Below are positions 12,821 through 26,311 of a DNA stretch of 64,000 bases, one piece after another. Position 1 is the stretch's first letter. The number at the start of each line of letters is the position of its first letter. This DNA comes from Nitrospirales bacterium (GTDB lineage: Bacteria > Nitrospirota > Nitrospiria > Nitrospirales > UBA8639): positions 608,001 through 672,000 of the forward strand of contig CBDBCZ010000014.1 of the NCBI GenBank assembly GCA_965203295.1. The letters run 5' to 3'. The notes under the pieces were generated by a model. It was not told the DNA's origin. It saw only the letters and a program-made list of their open reading frames with translations, and made no database searches. The translations under genes and the position numbers were made by a program.

Positions 12821-14559
12821 TTAATTAGAGTGGAGAATGAAATTGCGAAGCTGGTACCTTTCCGCTCTCTCTGGTAGCTAGAAGCTGTGCTGTTGGTATC
12901 TTTGCAATAAAGAAACAGATTTCCAATTAGTTAGGAATACCTTGCCTGACTTTGTGTGATCTCAAAGTGGGCTGTCAGCGGTACGGTTCCTTACGGTTCC
13001 TTCTAAAGCAGCTTACTGCAATTGTTTACTGCATAACTTGCTTTTTTTACATTTGTCCTGTCTCCTTTCCCTAAAGAATCATTGTGTTAACATGAGGAGA
13101 GTAAAGCATGCACTTACCAGAGTAGACAATTATTTGGGAAGCAACAACTGCTCCAATTTTCTCTGCTAGGAATACACTGATCTCAAAGTTGGCTGTCAAT
13201 ATGAGGCACGGTTCCTTACTTTGCTCCGTAGATTATTCCTTCAAGTTCTGTGAGACTAATCATCCCCCACCTGTTTCCTGCCTGCAATAGGCTCTAAAGT
13301 TACATTGTGCGAACACACAAAAAAGTAATGTGTGTCATTAATTAGAGTGGGTATACTGAATTGGAAGCTGATTCCTCTCCATTCTCTCCGGTAGTTAGAG
13401 GCTGTGCTGTTGATATCTTTGCAGTAAAGAGACAGATTCTCAATTAGCTTTGTGTTATCACAAAGTGGGCTGTCAGGGGTGCGGTTCCTTACATGGTTCC
13501 TTCTAGAGAAGCTTACTGAGATGGTGTTATTTACTTTTCCTCACATTTTGTTCTGTTTGTTGTTCCAGTGCCTTTTAGATGGTTCATTCCACGACTTCTT
13601 GTGGAAGTTGTGTTAGGTGTAACTAAATTAGTTATCTTCCACTTATGTTTTCTGCTTGCAAACTTTGAAGTAACATTTTGCAAAAACAAGAAAAGTAACG
13701 TGTACAATTAATTAGAGTGGGGAATGGAATTGGGAAGCTGGTTCCTCTCCATTCTCTCTGGCAGATTCCTAATTAGCTAGGAATATCTTGCCTGACTTTG
13801 TGTGATCTCTAAGTAGACTGTCATGGGTACGGTTTTACTTACGCTGTTTTTTACACAGTTCCTTCTAGAGCAGCATATTACGATTGTGCACTGCATATAT
13901 TAATTTGTTTATTCCCACATATCTGCTATCTCTAAAGAAGATTAATGTGTGCACTCTGTCAGAGTAGGCAATTAATTGGGAAGCAGTAACTTCCCCAATT
14001 CTCTCTGCTAGGAATACACTGATCTCAAAGTTGGCTGTCAATATGAGGCATAGTTACTTACATTGCTCCTTATATATGGTTCATTCCACTTTGCTTATTG
14101 AAGTTGTGTTCTGTGTGACTAATTATCTCCCACCTATGTTTCATTTCAGCAATCACTAAAGGCAAACACAAGAAAAGTAATGTGTACAATTAATTAGAGG
14201 TGGAAATGAAATTGGGAATTTGGTTCCTCTCCATTCTCCCTGTAAACTAGAGGCTGTGATGAAAGTTTGTTTGGCCTTATAACGATATATATACTCCTCT
14301 TCAAGATGCTTCAGAATCCTTAATGTTGACAGACTTCTATAATCTTTCTTGTATGTTACCGCTTCCATTTTACTCTTATTTATTGATAGATACCTACAAT
14401 CAATTACTGTTTCATGTGAACTCGTGAAACTACCTGGTGGGGCATAAATTGGGAACTGTCAGGTCTTGCTACAAATTATTTGATAATACCTATAACCTCC
14501 CTGTTCCTTGAATAGAGACTTCATTCTTCTGTAGTAGTACTTTAATTCTAGAGAGTTCA

Positions 14560-14822
14560 ACTTTCTTGCGCAGTCAAGAGCTGCGTGAGCTGGCGCGAAA
14601 AGCATGGACGCGCACGGTGCATATCGTAGCGTGCCCGCCCCCGCATTTATTACTTCGTGGTTCCTTAGCTAGCTGTCGGTTCCTTGTCGCGTTCTCGATT
14701 CCTATAATACATGAAATGAGAGGTATGGCAGTAGACGCGAACAGGTCGAAGTCTCACTTATCATTGCCGGGTCTTTGTTTTTGTTTGTTTTTTGTTTTCT
14801 TTTGGGGGGCGGGGAAGTGAGT
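14560..14822 (+). promoter_or_regulatory. CpG-rich candidate promoter and non-coding first exon upstream of CEP78; copies at ~2408-2670 (-) and ~56251-56513 (-), diverged partial copy at ~31780-31950
   Basis: Local CpG density, GC boxes (CCCGCCCC, GGGGCGGGG) and a GTGAGT donor at 14817. The CEP78 ATG directly follows an acceptor-like CCTTAG. Confidence 0.4.
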
Positions 14823-16531
14823 TTGACTAAAGCTGCAAACAAAGGTATTATTAGTATCTCTGCTGCAAACTACAGCAACCAGAGTCAAGGTACGTAGCAC
14901 CATAGATAACTTCTACTATCTATGGTAGCACGTTAGTCTAGCTAGCTCCAACTTCTACCAACTTGGGGATCGCTTACAGTATTGCAGTAAATTATAATCC
15001 ATGAACTGCCTTGAAACCAGTGGCGCATCAGGGCTAGCCTCGTTCCCAGGCCCGCGACTTTTTCGGTTGCACGAAGGAAAGTCACATCTTTCGTGTAACC
15101 GAAAATGGCGCGGGCCTGGGAACGAGGCTACATCAGGGCCACTCCAGATCATCTGATTTTAATTGCGTAAAATGTGTTATACAGGAGGAGCTGGGTTCTC
15201 ACGTGCATGCTAAGCGTTTGTGTAGCGTCTCACGCTAGTACGGTCTTGCGTTGCTGCAGTGCATGCGACTGCGAAGAGGTGTGGCTTTCTTGACTGACTG
15301 CACATGCTGCATATTTGGTGAGTGTAGTAGGGAAGCTTTAGGGTGTCCATAAGGAAAATTATCAGCAGCAACATCATCAGCAACTGTAAACCATTACAAC
15401 TGAAACTTGTATGACTCAATAAATTATTCCACAATGGTTTATCCACCTAGAGCAAAATACCATGGATAGCCAAAGACACTTAGTGTTAGGGGAGTACAAC
15501 GGTTGATGATCATTACAAAATGATTGGTTTGTTTGCCTGATTCACTCAGGGAGAAGTGCACTCGGGCAAACAATGCCTACTGACTTTAGAGCGATCTTGC
15601 TACTTTTGCTGTCCACATGTTGGTGTAGCCTTCACCTACAGATTCTATAATATCATAGAGACAATCCTAACTTTCTTTGTTTGCCAGACCTCTAGAATCC
15701 TGATTTGCCTATACTTGTAGCTGCAGCATTTAATTAGTGTACTGGAATGCTTAATCAGCCGTGAAAGATACCAAATTGGGTTATAAAAATGGTATCTGAA
15801 ACACTGTGGGAAGCTGATATGGCGTATGTACATGTACCAGTTTCCACAGCAAGAGGGAAACACCCAGCCCTGTACCATAGCTGCTCCAAACCTTCATTGG
15901 GCTTTTGCTGAACCAGGATTTGAACTCACGTCCCATATGCAGCTCTATGGCCAGTGTCTCCAGACACTGCACTTACTGCTCCCAGCACCTGAAGGTGTTG
16001 GTGACCCTTGTATACCTTTAATACACTGCTAGCCTCTTTCCCAAGCCTGCCTGCAGAGATCTTTGTACTTTACTTACGGCCACATGTTGCACACAAATTC
16101 ATAGAGTATGTCACTAAAGATGTTTGATGGAAGACTTGAATAGCATTCTGTTTATAACCTTCTGAGAGGCTTTATATTGTCACATTAAATAAAGATCTTA
16201 GCCCCACCATTTCTTCTACTGTCATTTTAGTACAGACTTGCAACAACTACATTTAATTTTTGGCACAATTTGTTTTTCAAAATGAGTGCAAAGCACCTTC
16301 TTATTCACATATATGTTGTGAAATAGGTGCTTGAACTTCTTTCATAATCCATTGAAGCAGCAGTTTACATGTACTTGCAAGACAATGCAGCTACTAATCT
16401 AAACCTACCAGAAAGAAATACATCTAGTATACGTACATGTAGCTATAGGGAGTTAACTATATTCAGAGCAGCTTGTGCATGGTACGGTATAGCTAGTTTC
16501 TCTATATCAGAAATTGCTATTCCATCCTTAG

Positions 16532-19500
16532 ATGGAGGCTGTTTGCATTCGTCAGCGAGGAGCTGAAGACTTTGTAGCTTACTATGAAAGTCTGTGTGCC
16601 CTGGAGGACACGTGTCCTATAGCCAGTATCCGCAGTGGAGCCAAGGAAGGAGTGCTGAGTTGTCGGGTCTTCAAGGCTAAGAGAAACGACTGGCACCCAC
16701 TTCTGACTGCTTTACAGATCAACAAGGCACTGCATACTGTTGTCTTCATAGACAAATGGGAGGAAAGACTTTACTCAACTGTGAGAAGCCTTGGTATGTA
16801 ATTAGACCCTTTGTCTATGGTACTGTAAATAGTGGTCAGTACACCAATACATGTAGTTAGACAGTACCTCCATTAATCCAGTGACTTTTTACAAGTATAT
16901 TATGCTAGCCTTCATGCAACCAAATGAAGTGAGGGCCTGGGAGCGAGGATAGATGTATATTTGCACAGGGCAGCTTTGTGTACAGCATAAGCAGAAAGCT
17001 TCCAGTTGATTGACTGCTGTGTAGGTATGTTTATAATAGATACTTTTTATCACACCATAGATAGTAGAGTAGAAGGATAGGAAGTCCTTCTACTCTACTA
17101 TCTATGATCACACTAATTAAGCTTGTGCTTTGCAGTATATACATCACTGCATATACTGATATATAACGGAATGACTTCATGATAGATCTATTCAAGGGGG
17201 ATTGGCAGACAGGTATCCAGAGTGGCTTTTAAAAGATTGGAAGTCACATTTTAGTTGCTCTTCCTGTGTATGGTACCATGCCTTACAAAACAAGGACTAA
17301 AGCTGTCACTGAATTGAACTGGAGAGAAGCCTAAGAAGCCTATTTTTCTTGCTGTAGTGAAGGAAGGAACTTCTTGCGTGTAGCTACGTAGTAATGAGAT
17401 TGTATATACGTATATGTACTGATATACATCTCAGATACATTACTACGGTGGTAATAGGTCTATCCGGGTATGAGGCTACATTTATTTACTACACCTTTAC
17501 TATATTTCTGCAGCAACATTGCCTGCACAGACAAAGTGAAGCCTCCGATCATAAAAGCTCAAACTGGAAAAGATACCAGGTCTGCACAGATTATAAATCT
17601 CAACGTTGACATTGGTGATAAAGGTGCACAGGAGTTTGCGGAAGCACTCAGAGATGATGTGTGCCTCAGAGGTATGTACGTACATGTGGGTTAGCTTCTT
17701 CCAACCTTCTCTATGGTTTCATCTGGATGTGGGGAGTCGTAGAATAATTATCATCTATTTAATGTGGCAGTCCAAATAAAGAAGTCAAGCTCTTTGGGAA
17801 GCAGTGAGGTGGAAAAAAACATTTACGTACAGTGTGCACATTCATACATTGTAGATCCAATCATATCTTATACAGTCACTTGTGTAATTTACATACAGGA
17901 TTGTAAATTCAATACAGTTATGCCTGTAATGATGGTACAATTACTTCTGTAACTCCCAGCCATAGATCCAGTCCTGTGGTGTCACTACTGATGGGGCAGT
18001 CAGTCTTCTGGAAGTACTGAAAGTGAACACATGTCTCATAGTGCTTGACCTGAGAGCACCCCCCTTGATTGGTATGTAGAGGTGTGTGTGTGTGTGCTAT
18101 ATGTAGCTAGCTATAGCCTCATTCTCGTCTCCACTCCCCAGCTTTTTGCACATACGTAGTATGTAGTGTGTTGTACTACGTATATGCAAAGTAAGTTGAG
18201 ACTAAGAGCAAGGCTTACGTAGCTGAATATCGTGAATTATTTACAGAAATGCAAACATTTTGATAACTTAGCTGTTTTCCACAGTGATGAATGTAATAAG
18301 CCATACATAATGTTCGTATTGTACCGGTTCCCAAAATGAATTGTACATTGTACAAAGTTTATACTGATGTTCTTGTCTCTTTCACAAAGGAGCAGCAGCT
18401 TTCCCATATTCTACTATGATATTGCACCTGAGCGTGCAAGGCCACAGTTTTAAACTAGAACCATGCAGGCCATTACACTATCTCGGTGTCTGAAACTGCA
18501 GCTTTAACTACTTTCTGGGGATTTTACTGCTGTGTTTAGTATCAATGTATTTTCAAAGCAGCTTTTAGTCTGCCTTTATTTCTGCTCAGATGATGATGTG
18601 GTAGACTCCATCTGTGAGCAACTGTCTGTTAATGTTGCAAGTGTGAGAGATAAAGATGAGGTTTGCAGTACATATACAACATATCGTTCTAGTGGCATGC
18701 TCATTGTAGTGCCATACACTTGTGTTAAATGGTACCTCTTGCAATAGCATGGATGTTGTCTTCATGAAAGAATTGAAACAAGTGCTGAGAAGACCAACAA
18801 CCTACAGCAAATGAAGCGTAAATCACATTGCACCACTTCCAATTCCTGTGAGGAAATTCCAATTAGCATGTTTGGAAAACGATTTTTAAATTTTCTTTAA
18901 ATAGTTTATGTTAATGTTATAGTGCAATAAGTGCAGAATCTATTGCAACAATACAATGAAACAAAATTGATAAAACAATACATAGTAACAATTCAATTGT
19001 CAAGTTCAGCTTGACAATTTAACTTAACGCTTTGATAATTTAACTTAACGCTTCATCAAATCTTTCACTGACTGCGGCAGCCGAACCAGCTTACCATCCT
19101 TCATGTTCAATTAGGAACATAACTACAGCATCTACTCTTGGGATATCTTCGGTCTGATTGACCTTTCTCCTCTGCAATATTTTGTGCAAGTGAAACGAAT
19201 AGCTTTAGGTGATCTGGCTAGCTCTATCAAAGACCATTCTTACACCCCTGCTACACATTTATGTTCACATTATGTTTAATTTAAAAGCTCATCTACAGTA
19301 ACTATTGATTGGATTTACATACATAATACATTATAGTACTCCACTGCAAGTATAGAACAGTTATCTAGTAAGTGCCTGGACTATTTCTTTTTCTCGCAGA
19401 GCTATGTGTGGCTTGAAGTTGAAGCCGAGCGCATTTTGCAAGTAGTGCAGGGTAGCAGATCAGCTCCTGGACTAAAGAAGCACAGAAGCCACACAGTGAC

Positions 19501-20036
19501 TCCTCTTGGAGTGAGATATTCTCCACGCAAAAGAAGTGCTAAAAGTTGCAAAAGGTATGCACATACATACGTATATGCATGTCTAAGGTAAAATGGGTGT
19601 GTATACATAACATCCACACTTGCATATTGCTGTACCACAATTGTTAAAAGTAAGATCTGCTAAACTCCCAAGTCTCTGCTAAGTAACAGGTCAGGCCAAG
19701 AGCTAAAAAAATATAGCGAAAGTAACCTCATTTCCAGTCTCCACTTTTGTCAAGTATGTGTTGGTGCGAAGAAATTGAAGCTAGCAGTGGAGACTGGAAT
19801 CACGAAGCTACAATTATCCGACTTGTTAGCAGCTGTATGTTGCGAAACAGGATTATCGTAACTCGCCAGCCTACCAGTACATGTATTCCACTTGTTGGCT
19901 AAATACAGGCACATACAGCAAGCTAGCTTGTCCATTTTGTATTACTTAGAGAAAGATTGTGAATCCTGCAGAACAATTACTGTTTTCCTATAGGAAGAAC
20001 CCTCCAGCTCAGTCACAGTCAAGCCATCGGTTTAAG
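16532..20036 (+). pseudogene. CEP78: Degenerate, internally deleted, 3'-truncated CEP78 (copy 2). Exons ~16532-16793, 17514-17671, 17960-18071, 18590-18660, 19400-19554, 19994-20036
   Basis: N-terminal exon plus LRR pieces IGDKGAQEFAEALRDDVCLR and QSCGVTTDGAVSLLEVLKVNTCLIVLDLR, with GT-AG boundaries. Frameshift at ~17968 (GCC ATA GAT C CAG), frame breaks and a stop in exon 2 (KIPGLHRL*), and the middle LRRs appear missing. Confidence 0.8.
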
Positions 20037-20775
20037 GTATGTATACTGAGTTGATTTTGTGCACTGCATGTCATGCAGATAACATGTTTGCCTATAATGT
20101 TATGATTAATCTATGGTATTTGCACAGTGCATTTCACCCAACTTATTGTAATAGTACCAGTTATAGCCCATGCGATAAATTGTGGAACTCCACAGCAGTT
20201 CCTCTTCCTTGTCTGTAAAGGCATATCTGCATTCAATGAATGCTTAACTTCCCTTTTGAATTCTATTTCACTTTCCGTTGAAGGTGTTATGGGATCCAGC
20301 ACCTTTTCTCTTTTGGAAAGTAGGACACGTTCTTGTGTAGTAATCAAGGAGTCAGGTTTTCCACCATGCAAAGATATGCTAGTACATGTTGTATTTGGCC
20401 ATGTTCACTTGGAGGTACGTACACAGGTAGGAGTCTTCTGGGCTGCTTCTCTGTTTTGACCAATGATGATTCCATGTTATTAGGATGGATTGGATCTAGT
20501 GATGATTTGGCCAGCAACTGTTAGTTCTATGGATGGCTTTAATGATCAGGACATCCTAGCGTGTACAGTATTGAGTCAGCGGCTGAGTCAAGATGTGTCC
20601 ATGATTAGTCCCTCTGTGTAATACTTGGGAATACTTTAATTATAGCACAGCACAGTATGAGATAGCACATAGTGTGCGATGCAATTAATGCTGCAGAAGG
20701 CAAACTGCAGCATACTACTTGCTATAATTATATTACTGTATCCTAAATTGATTAGCTTATTACACATAAAAATCG

Positions 20776-20849
20776 GGACCCAGCTGGGGATTGAACCCAG
20801 GACCTTCTGAATACTAGTCAGATGCTCTTACCAATTGAGCTACTGGAGC
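20776..20849 (-). ncRNA. tRNA-like sequence, mirror of 50224-50297
   Basis: Reverse complement of the right-arm copy. Confidence 0.6.
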
Positions 20850-22112
20850 CCCCTTGGCAGAGGAGCAGTAGGCAAGCTTTATATAGCCACTAAACCCGCT
20901 AGTAGCACTTGCCAGTAGGACCCAGCCAATTCCAACTGTAACATGTATGTCTGTACATATCATGCAGAAGGCAAACTGCAGCATATTACTTGCAATGCTA
21001 TATATATATATATTATTGTATCCTAAAATGATTAGCCTATTACATGTATAGAAATTGTGTATTGACAACTACATGTATGTATGTATATATCATGTATAGG
21101 CTTATAAACTCATGCAATCTGCACTGTTGAAATACAACACTTGGCCTACTACTAAGAGCCTATACTATATTGATACGTACATAGCCCATGTTCTATCCAG
21201 ACAGTGATAGCCATGCAAAGCCACATTAGTGTCAGCGTGAGCTGCTGGAGTAGAGAAAGCAAAGTGTGACTGCCCTAGTTTAAATAGGGCTGAAAGAAGG
21301 TGAACAGAGTGAACCCGCTGTGATTGTTTCAAACCTTCTCATCATTCTTTGAAGGGATCTTCATCAATTACTAATTGCCTCAGATGTTCTTCAGTTTCCT
21401 TAGTCTTTTCTGCCTAATTTCTGCTCTCTGAGCACACCTCAAACTATGCTAACCATTGGTGGATTTCAATACTTCAACTTTCTGCTCCAATATAGCTCTC
21501 TCTTCTTAATGTCATAATTCCATTGATTTGAACACAAGTGTTCTCAGACACCACAATATTATTTGCTGTTGTACTCACAACTGGGCAGCTCATAAGCAGT
21601 TATCACTTACAAATTACACTCGGGTTTTGTATAGAGGGCAGTACACTAGGATCTCCACCCCCAAGAATTTAGTAAAAAATTCCATTGATTTGAACACAAG
21701 TGTTTGGTAGTGGACTAGCAGCCAAAGTCCAATACGCTTCTAGGCATCTATTTTTTCAAACATTTTTAGACCCCCCCCCCCCTTCCCATAAAAGACCATA
21801 CATGTACTGTACATGCTGCGTATTTCGCGTGTGTCTGTTCACTATTTGTCTCCCCCCTCCAGCAAAGAATCCTGTATGAAACCCTGCACACTAAGTAGCA
21901 TGTCCTTGCAACTTGTTGAGCTGTACACCTGTATCTGTGCTAAGCAAAGCATCTTCCACTTGTGCATGTCTAGCTCTCAGGCCCCTGTTATGGTAGCACT
22001 TACTAGTAGGCCCCAACTGTAGTTACTGTCTCAAGTTGTTACTTTAGTCTGCTAAATGACAGAAGTTCTTTGTAGTTCTTGACCCGTTCTGTCATACCTT
22101 TCTTTCCTTCAG

Positions 22113-25074
22113 AGAACAAGTGGGTGCAGCAGCAGATTCCAGCGTGCCGTCCTCTCTTCACAGCCCGTCATGTGTCTTTTGTCTTCTTCATTGTTGGGGT
22201 GATCTTCCTTGCTCTCGGAGTTACCTTTCTCGTTGTTGCAATGAGGGCAAGTGACCTAACATAACAGTGATGTTTATTTGCATGTACATGTAGATTCAAG
22301 TAAGAGCCCTCTGAATTATACCAGTCAAGTCTTAACCATTAACCACGAGCTACATGTTACTTAGACCATGGTTTATCCTAAGCATTATCACGTAATTCCA
22401 AGGGTGAAACCCGAGGGATTGTGTGTGTATTTACTTTACAGCCCGCCAGTAGACATGGTCTAACCGGCTTGTATCTTGGGCACTGGCCTAACCAACTCTG
22501 GTAGTTTAGCCTCGTTCTCTGTACCATCCCTGAGACTAGCACTATCAATATTAGTGTTGATGAAGCGTCAAATCGCCTACTCTATAGTAGGTGATTTACA
22601 GTCTGCACTATCGGTGAAGTTTGTACAGTCTGTAGTAGGTACTGTTGAGGCCAGAAAATATGGAGTGGCGATGTGTACATATTTTGGAGAGCTATAAAAA
22701 TTTTATATAATAGAGATTCAATTAAGATCACACATGGAAACAAGGTGTCCTCTATAGGGAATACCCGTTGAGCACTGTAGCTTTAAGCTAACAGTACACT
22801 TGGCCATACATATATCACCCTGTTGGCATGTACATGTACATGTGTATGTGGCGTTACTTTATAGTAAGACTCAAGCCAATTTCTACTGATAATATTAGTA
22901 TTCCACTGCTGTTGTTGCATATTGCTTTTGTATACTGTTTTTTTTTTATCCCATCTATACTCAGATATGTGAGGTGGAAATTCCCTATACTAAATTGTGA
23001 ACCAGTTCCCAGTGATGTCCCTTTCATACGTAACTTCCAGACGTGTTCCGAGTACCTGGCCAATATAAGTGCTCTAAGTAACATTGAGAGGCGTGATTTT
23101 GAAGACTGCCACTGCCGGGTGAATTTCACTGTCCCGGAGGAGCTGCGCTCTCCATGGTACATGTACTATGGTCTTGGCAACTACTTCCAGAACCACCGTC
23201 GCTACGTCAACTCCTGGGATGTGAAACAGCTGCGAGGAAATCGAGGGAGCTTCTTGAACCCCTCCGGTGACTGTAACCCCATACGGAATGTTGAGAACAC
23301 TAATGGCACACGTATGCCTGTTGTACCTTGTGGACTCATTGCAAACAGCTTGTTCAATGGTGAGCATACTTTAACAAGTTTGCTTACTTAGGGTCAGGAT
23401 TAATTAGTAGATTGTTTGTTGTGAGTGGAGTGGAATTTCCACTAGAAACAATGCATGGACTCTCTGAGTCTACTAGCAAATATTGTGGGAGCGAACCTTC
23501 CAAAGAAATTTCTAACGCCAAATGCAGATTTTGGTTTTGATGGATTACTAGATATCTACATGTACGTATATGACTTTTGCTTCACCATACTGCATCTTCA
23601 GTGATGGCCCATCTCACTTTTAAAATGTTAATACAATGCTTTTCTAGATCTGGCAAAATGCGAACAGTCACAATGTTTTGTGCACTCCAATGTAGTGATT
23701 AGAGTGGATCGTGCGTGCATAGTAAAATTCCTGAACACACCTGTGTGTAGTTTGTCCTTGTTCATGTAGACGTCTGAGTTTAAGTATGTGGGCTGTGTAA
23801 ATTATTATTGTGTTTGTCTCTCCTTCTAGACTCATTTGATATGTTCATGAATCGTGATACGGGTGAGAACATGACCTGCTGTAATAGAACCAACTTTGCC
23901 TGGGATACTGACCGTAGTGTTCGCTTCCAAAACCCAAACGGCGCCCCTGAGGTCAGCCCTGAGGATCTTGTTGACACCACCATGCCCCCCAACTGGCCGT
24001 ATGATCTTTCAGAAATTCCTGGGGGACTGGAGAGCGAGAGCTTTATTGTTTGGTTTCGTGTGTCAGCATTTCCAAAATTCCGCAAACTGTATGGCCGACT
24101 GCAAGAGAGTGGTTCCAGTGATATTAATCTCCCTGCAGGAAACGACTCCATCTTTCTCACTTACAGTATCCTTCATATTAATGCAATAGTCGTATACATT
24201 GTACGTGGCCTCGTTCCTAAGCTCCCCACATTTCATACTGCAAGTGACTAAAACTGGGTTGAGGCATGGGGAGGAGGCTAGCGTGTATGACTGTGGTCCT
24301 AGTTGGAAAGTGAACGTATTCAGTTGCATATTTTGATCATGTCACTACATTAGTGCAGAACACGGTGACTGTTATGGGTAGGGCTCAAATGTTATGTGTC
24401 GTTGCATCAGTAGTTGTTCCATGTACACTGTGCATCTGAGCCCCACCCATTAACAGAAAATAAACAATATAAGACATTGAATGCAGTGACAATCTTGGTA
24501 GAATAATGTTCATGGGACTGCCACATATTAGTCTAACTTGAAGCATGATGTCATCGCTAAAACAGCTTACTAAAGTTCTTGTACATAATGAAGTGGACAA
24601 GATATTTAAGTGACTCCTTGCTTGATAGCCATTTGCTGGTGATGTATATGTTGGCTCCTCTCTGTGTGGTAGCTATGTAGCATGCATCTAGCTAGTATAA
24701 ATCACTTAGCCAGTTCAAACTGAGATTCTTAAGGTGCATATGCAGGTATGTGTATATCTCTGAAAGTTGTTTGCACAGTGTAAGTTAAAGTTATCAGCCA
24801 GTTTCCTTAACCTACAGCAGACTACCCTGTTCGTGAATATAAAGGGACCAAATCTCTCTTCCTTGCTGAGATCTCCTGGCTAGGTGGACGGAACCTGTTC
24901 TTGGGCATTGCGTACATTGTGACAGCAACTCCGTCGATAATTGCAGGCTTGGTGCTGCTGCTAATACACTTCGCCTGTTCACACTGGTATGTAGATGTAG
25001 TTTCTACTGCCACTGGTTTATGTAGCTTTGTCCCCAGGCTCTCTCGCAGCAAAAGTTGGGCAGAGGCCTTGTAG
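22113..25074 (+). pseudogene. CDC50A: CDC50/TMEM30 (P4-ATPase flippase beta subunit) copy A, frameshifted. Exons 22113-22246, 22965-23359, 23830-24165, 24821-24986, 25038-25074; start exon not found
   Basis: Family motifs QQQIPACRPLFTA, YYGLGNYFQNHRRYV, PCGLIANSLFND, FIVWFRVSAFPKFRKLY, NYPV, SWLGGRNLFLGIAY. An extra A at 22992-22994 leads to TGA at 22998-23000. The first donor is GCAAGT. Confidence 0.9.
24166..24820 (+). other. U12-type (minor spliceosome) GT-AG intron in CDC50 copy A; mirror at 46264-46918 (-)
   Basis: 5' site GTATCCTTC, branch site TTCCTTAAC at 24803-24811 just upstream of CAG, no polypyrimidine tract. Splicing restores TY-N-YPV. Confidence 0.9.
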
Positions 25075-25330
25075 GTTTAATGTGTGGGTGTTTAATGGAC
25101 TGAATGAGGGCCACTCCCATAGTCTCTGTAAGTGTGTATATAGTTACCATTGCAGTCATGATCTTGACCAGCTAGTGATTGCACTGATTTGTCCATTTGC
25201 ACAAGGCCTCTCCTGTTGTGCTATTGATTGTCAACTGGCACTTTTGTAAGCTTATTCCAAGCCCTCTGCTTATTTGGGTACATGAAGATAAAGACTTTCC
25301 TGTTAATGTCCAATGGTGTGGACCTGGTAA

Positions 25331-26311
25331 TTGGGGCGAGCGGGAGCGAGCCCCCCCTTAGTGGTGCGAATGGAGATTCTGTGCGTACGTACGTCCGTAC
25401 TGCATGGTCCTATATACCGCAAATGCGCCACCGTACCTATTTCAACGGCATGCCCTCAAAATTATCACAAACACGCGCATGCAGTTCATGGCGTCTGCGT
25501 CTTTGTGCAGTTCATGGCGTCCGTGTCTTTGAGATTGTCACAAACACTTGCATGTAGTTCATGGCGTCTGTGTCTTTGAGATTATGAGTGACCTGCGCAG
25601 ACAGCGAACCTTGGAGCGGCGCAGACCGCGCTACAGAGAAAGGAGACACGACGAAACTACCGAGGAGAAGGAGAGAAGACTATACAGAGCTAGCGAGAAC
25701 GCCGAAGGCGGAGACTGTTGGGTGAGTCAGCTGAAGCTAAGGAGGCACGCCTTGAACATCGACGCTCGCTTAGGCGAGAGTGCAGGACTGCTGTGCTTCC
25801 GTGGCTCCCGAGACTATTCTGAGACTATACCATACAGAGGAAAGGAAGGTTTGCAGAAAGACCACAGATTATTTCTGCCTACACTCAGCCAGCTTATTAG
25901 CCATAGAGCACTGCCTGAAAGAAGCTTAAAAAATGACGACAGAAAGAGAGAGGACCCGCACCGTGCTTCTGAGACAGCAGCACAAAGGGAAGCAAGGCTT
26001 GCCGACAGACCAGAATTTTCTACCTATACACTGCCAGCATAGAGCACTGCCTGACAGGGAGAGGCAAGCATCAAGTTGCATCAAGTTACATCACAGATAG
26101 CTATACTGAGAGACAACCTGCTAAAATTCTACATGACAGACCATCATTGAAAGAGCTGCATGGGAACATTGAATTCAAACGAAATGTTGAAGTTCCATGC
26201 ACATTTTGCTGTAATGGTCTACACTTCTTACTGTGTTCTACTATAGCATCTTCATGCAATATGTACACGTACTCGCTCACGCTCGCCCCACAATGCTCTG
26301 CATTCACCTAG
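25331..26311 (+). mobile_element. Helitron/Helentron-like deletion derivative with an Arg/Glu-rich (STPR-like) coding remnant
   Basis: Absent from the opposite arm. Inserted at A|T with no TSD. 5' TTGGGGCGAGCG pairs with subterminal CGCTCGCCCCA, followed by hairpin ATGCtctGCAT and a CTAG end. Peptides ETTEEKERRL and SETAAQREARL. Confidence 0.8.

Larger units (their letters stand above)
7545..13160 (+). repeat. Tandem duplication with a 2806 bp period
   Basis: ORFs 8782/11588, 9220/12026 and 9312/12118 are each offset by 2806. Junction at ~10350-10385 lies inside a satellite monomer. Boundaries approximate. Confidence 0.92.

Noticed and set aside
3000..14400. CRISPR-like array
   Set aside because: Repeats are long degenerate monomers without unique spacers. 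The context is eukaryotic and no cas genes are present.
20111..20620. Coding-looking minus-strand stretch (mirror 50450-50962)
   Set aside because: Interrupted by stops with no recognisable family; cannot be assigned.
21517..21705. 27 bp direct repeat AATTCCATTGATTTGAACACAAGTGTT about 163 bp apart
   Set aside because: Only two copies; probably a small local duplication with no further structure.
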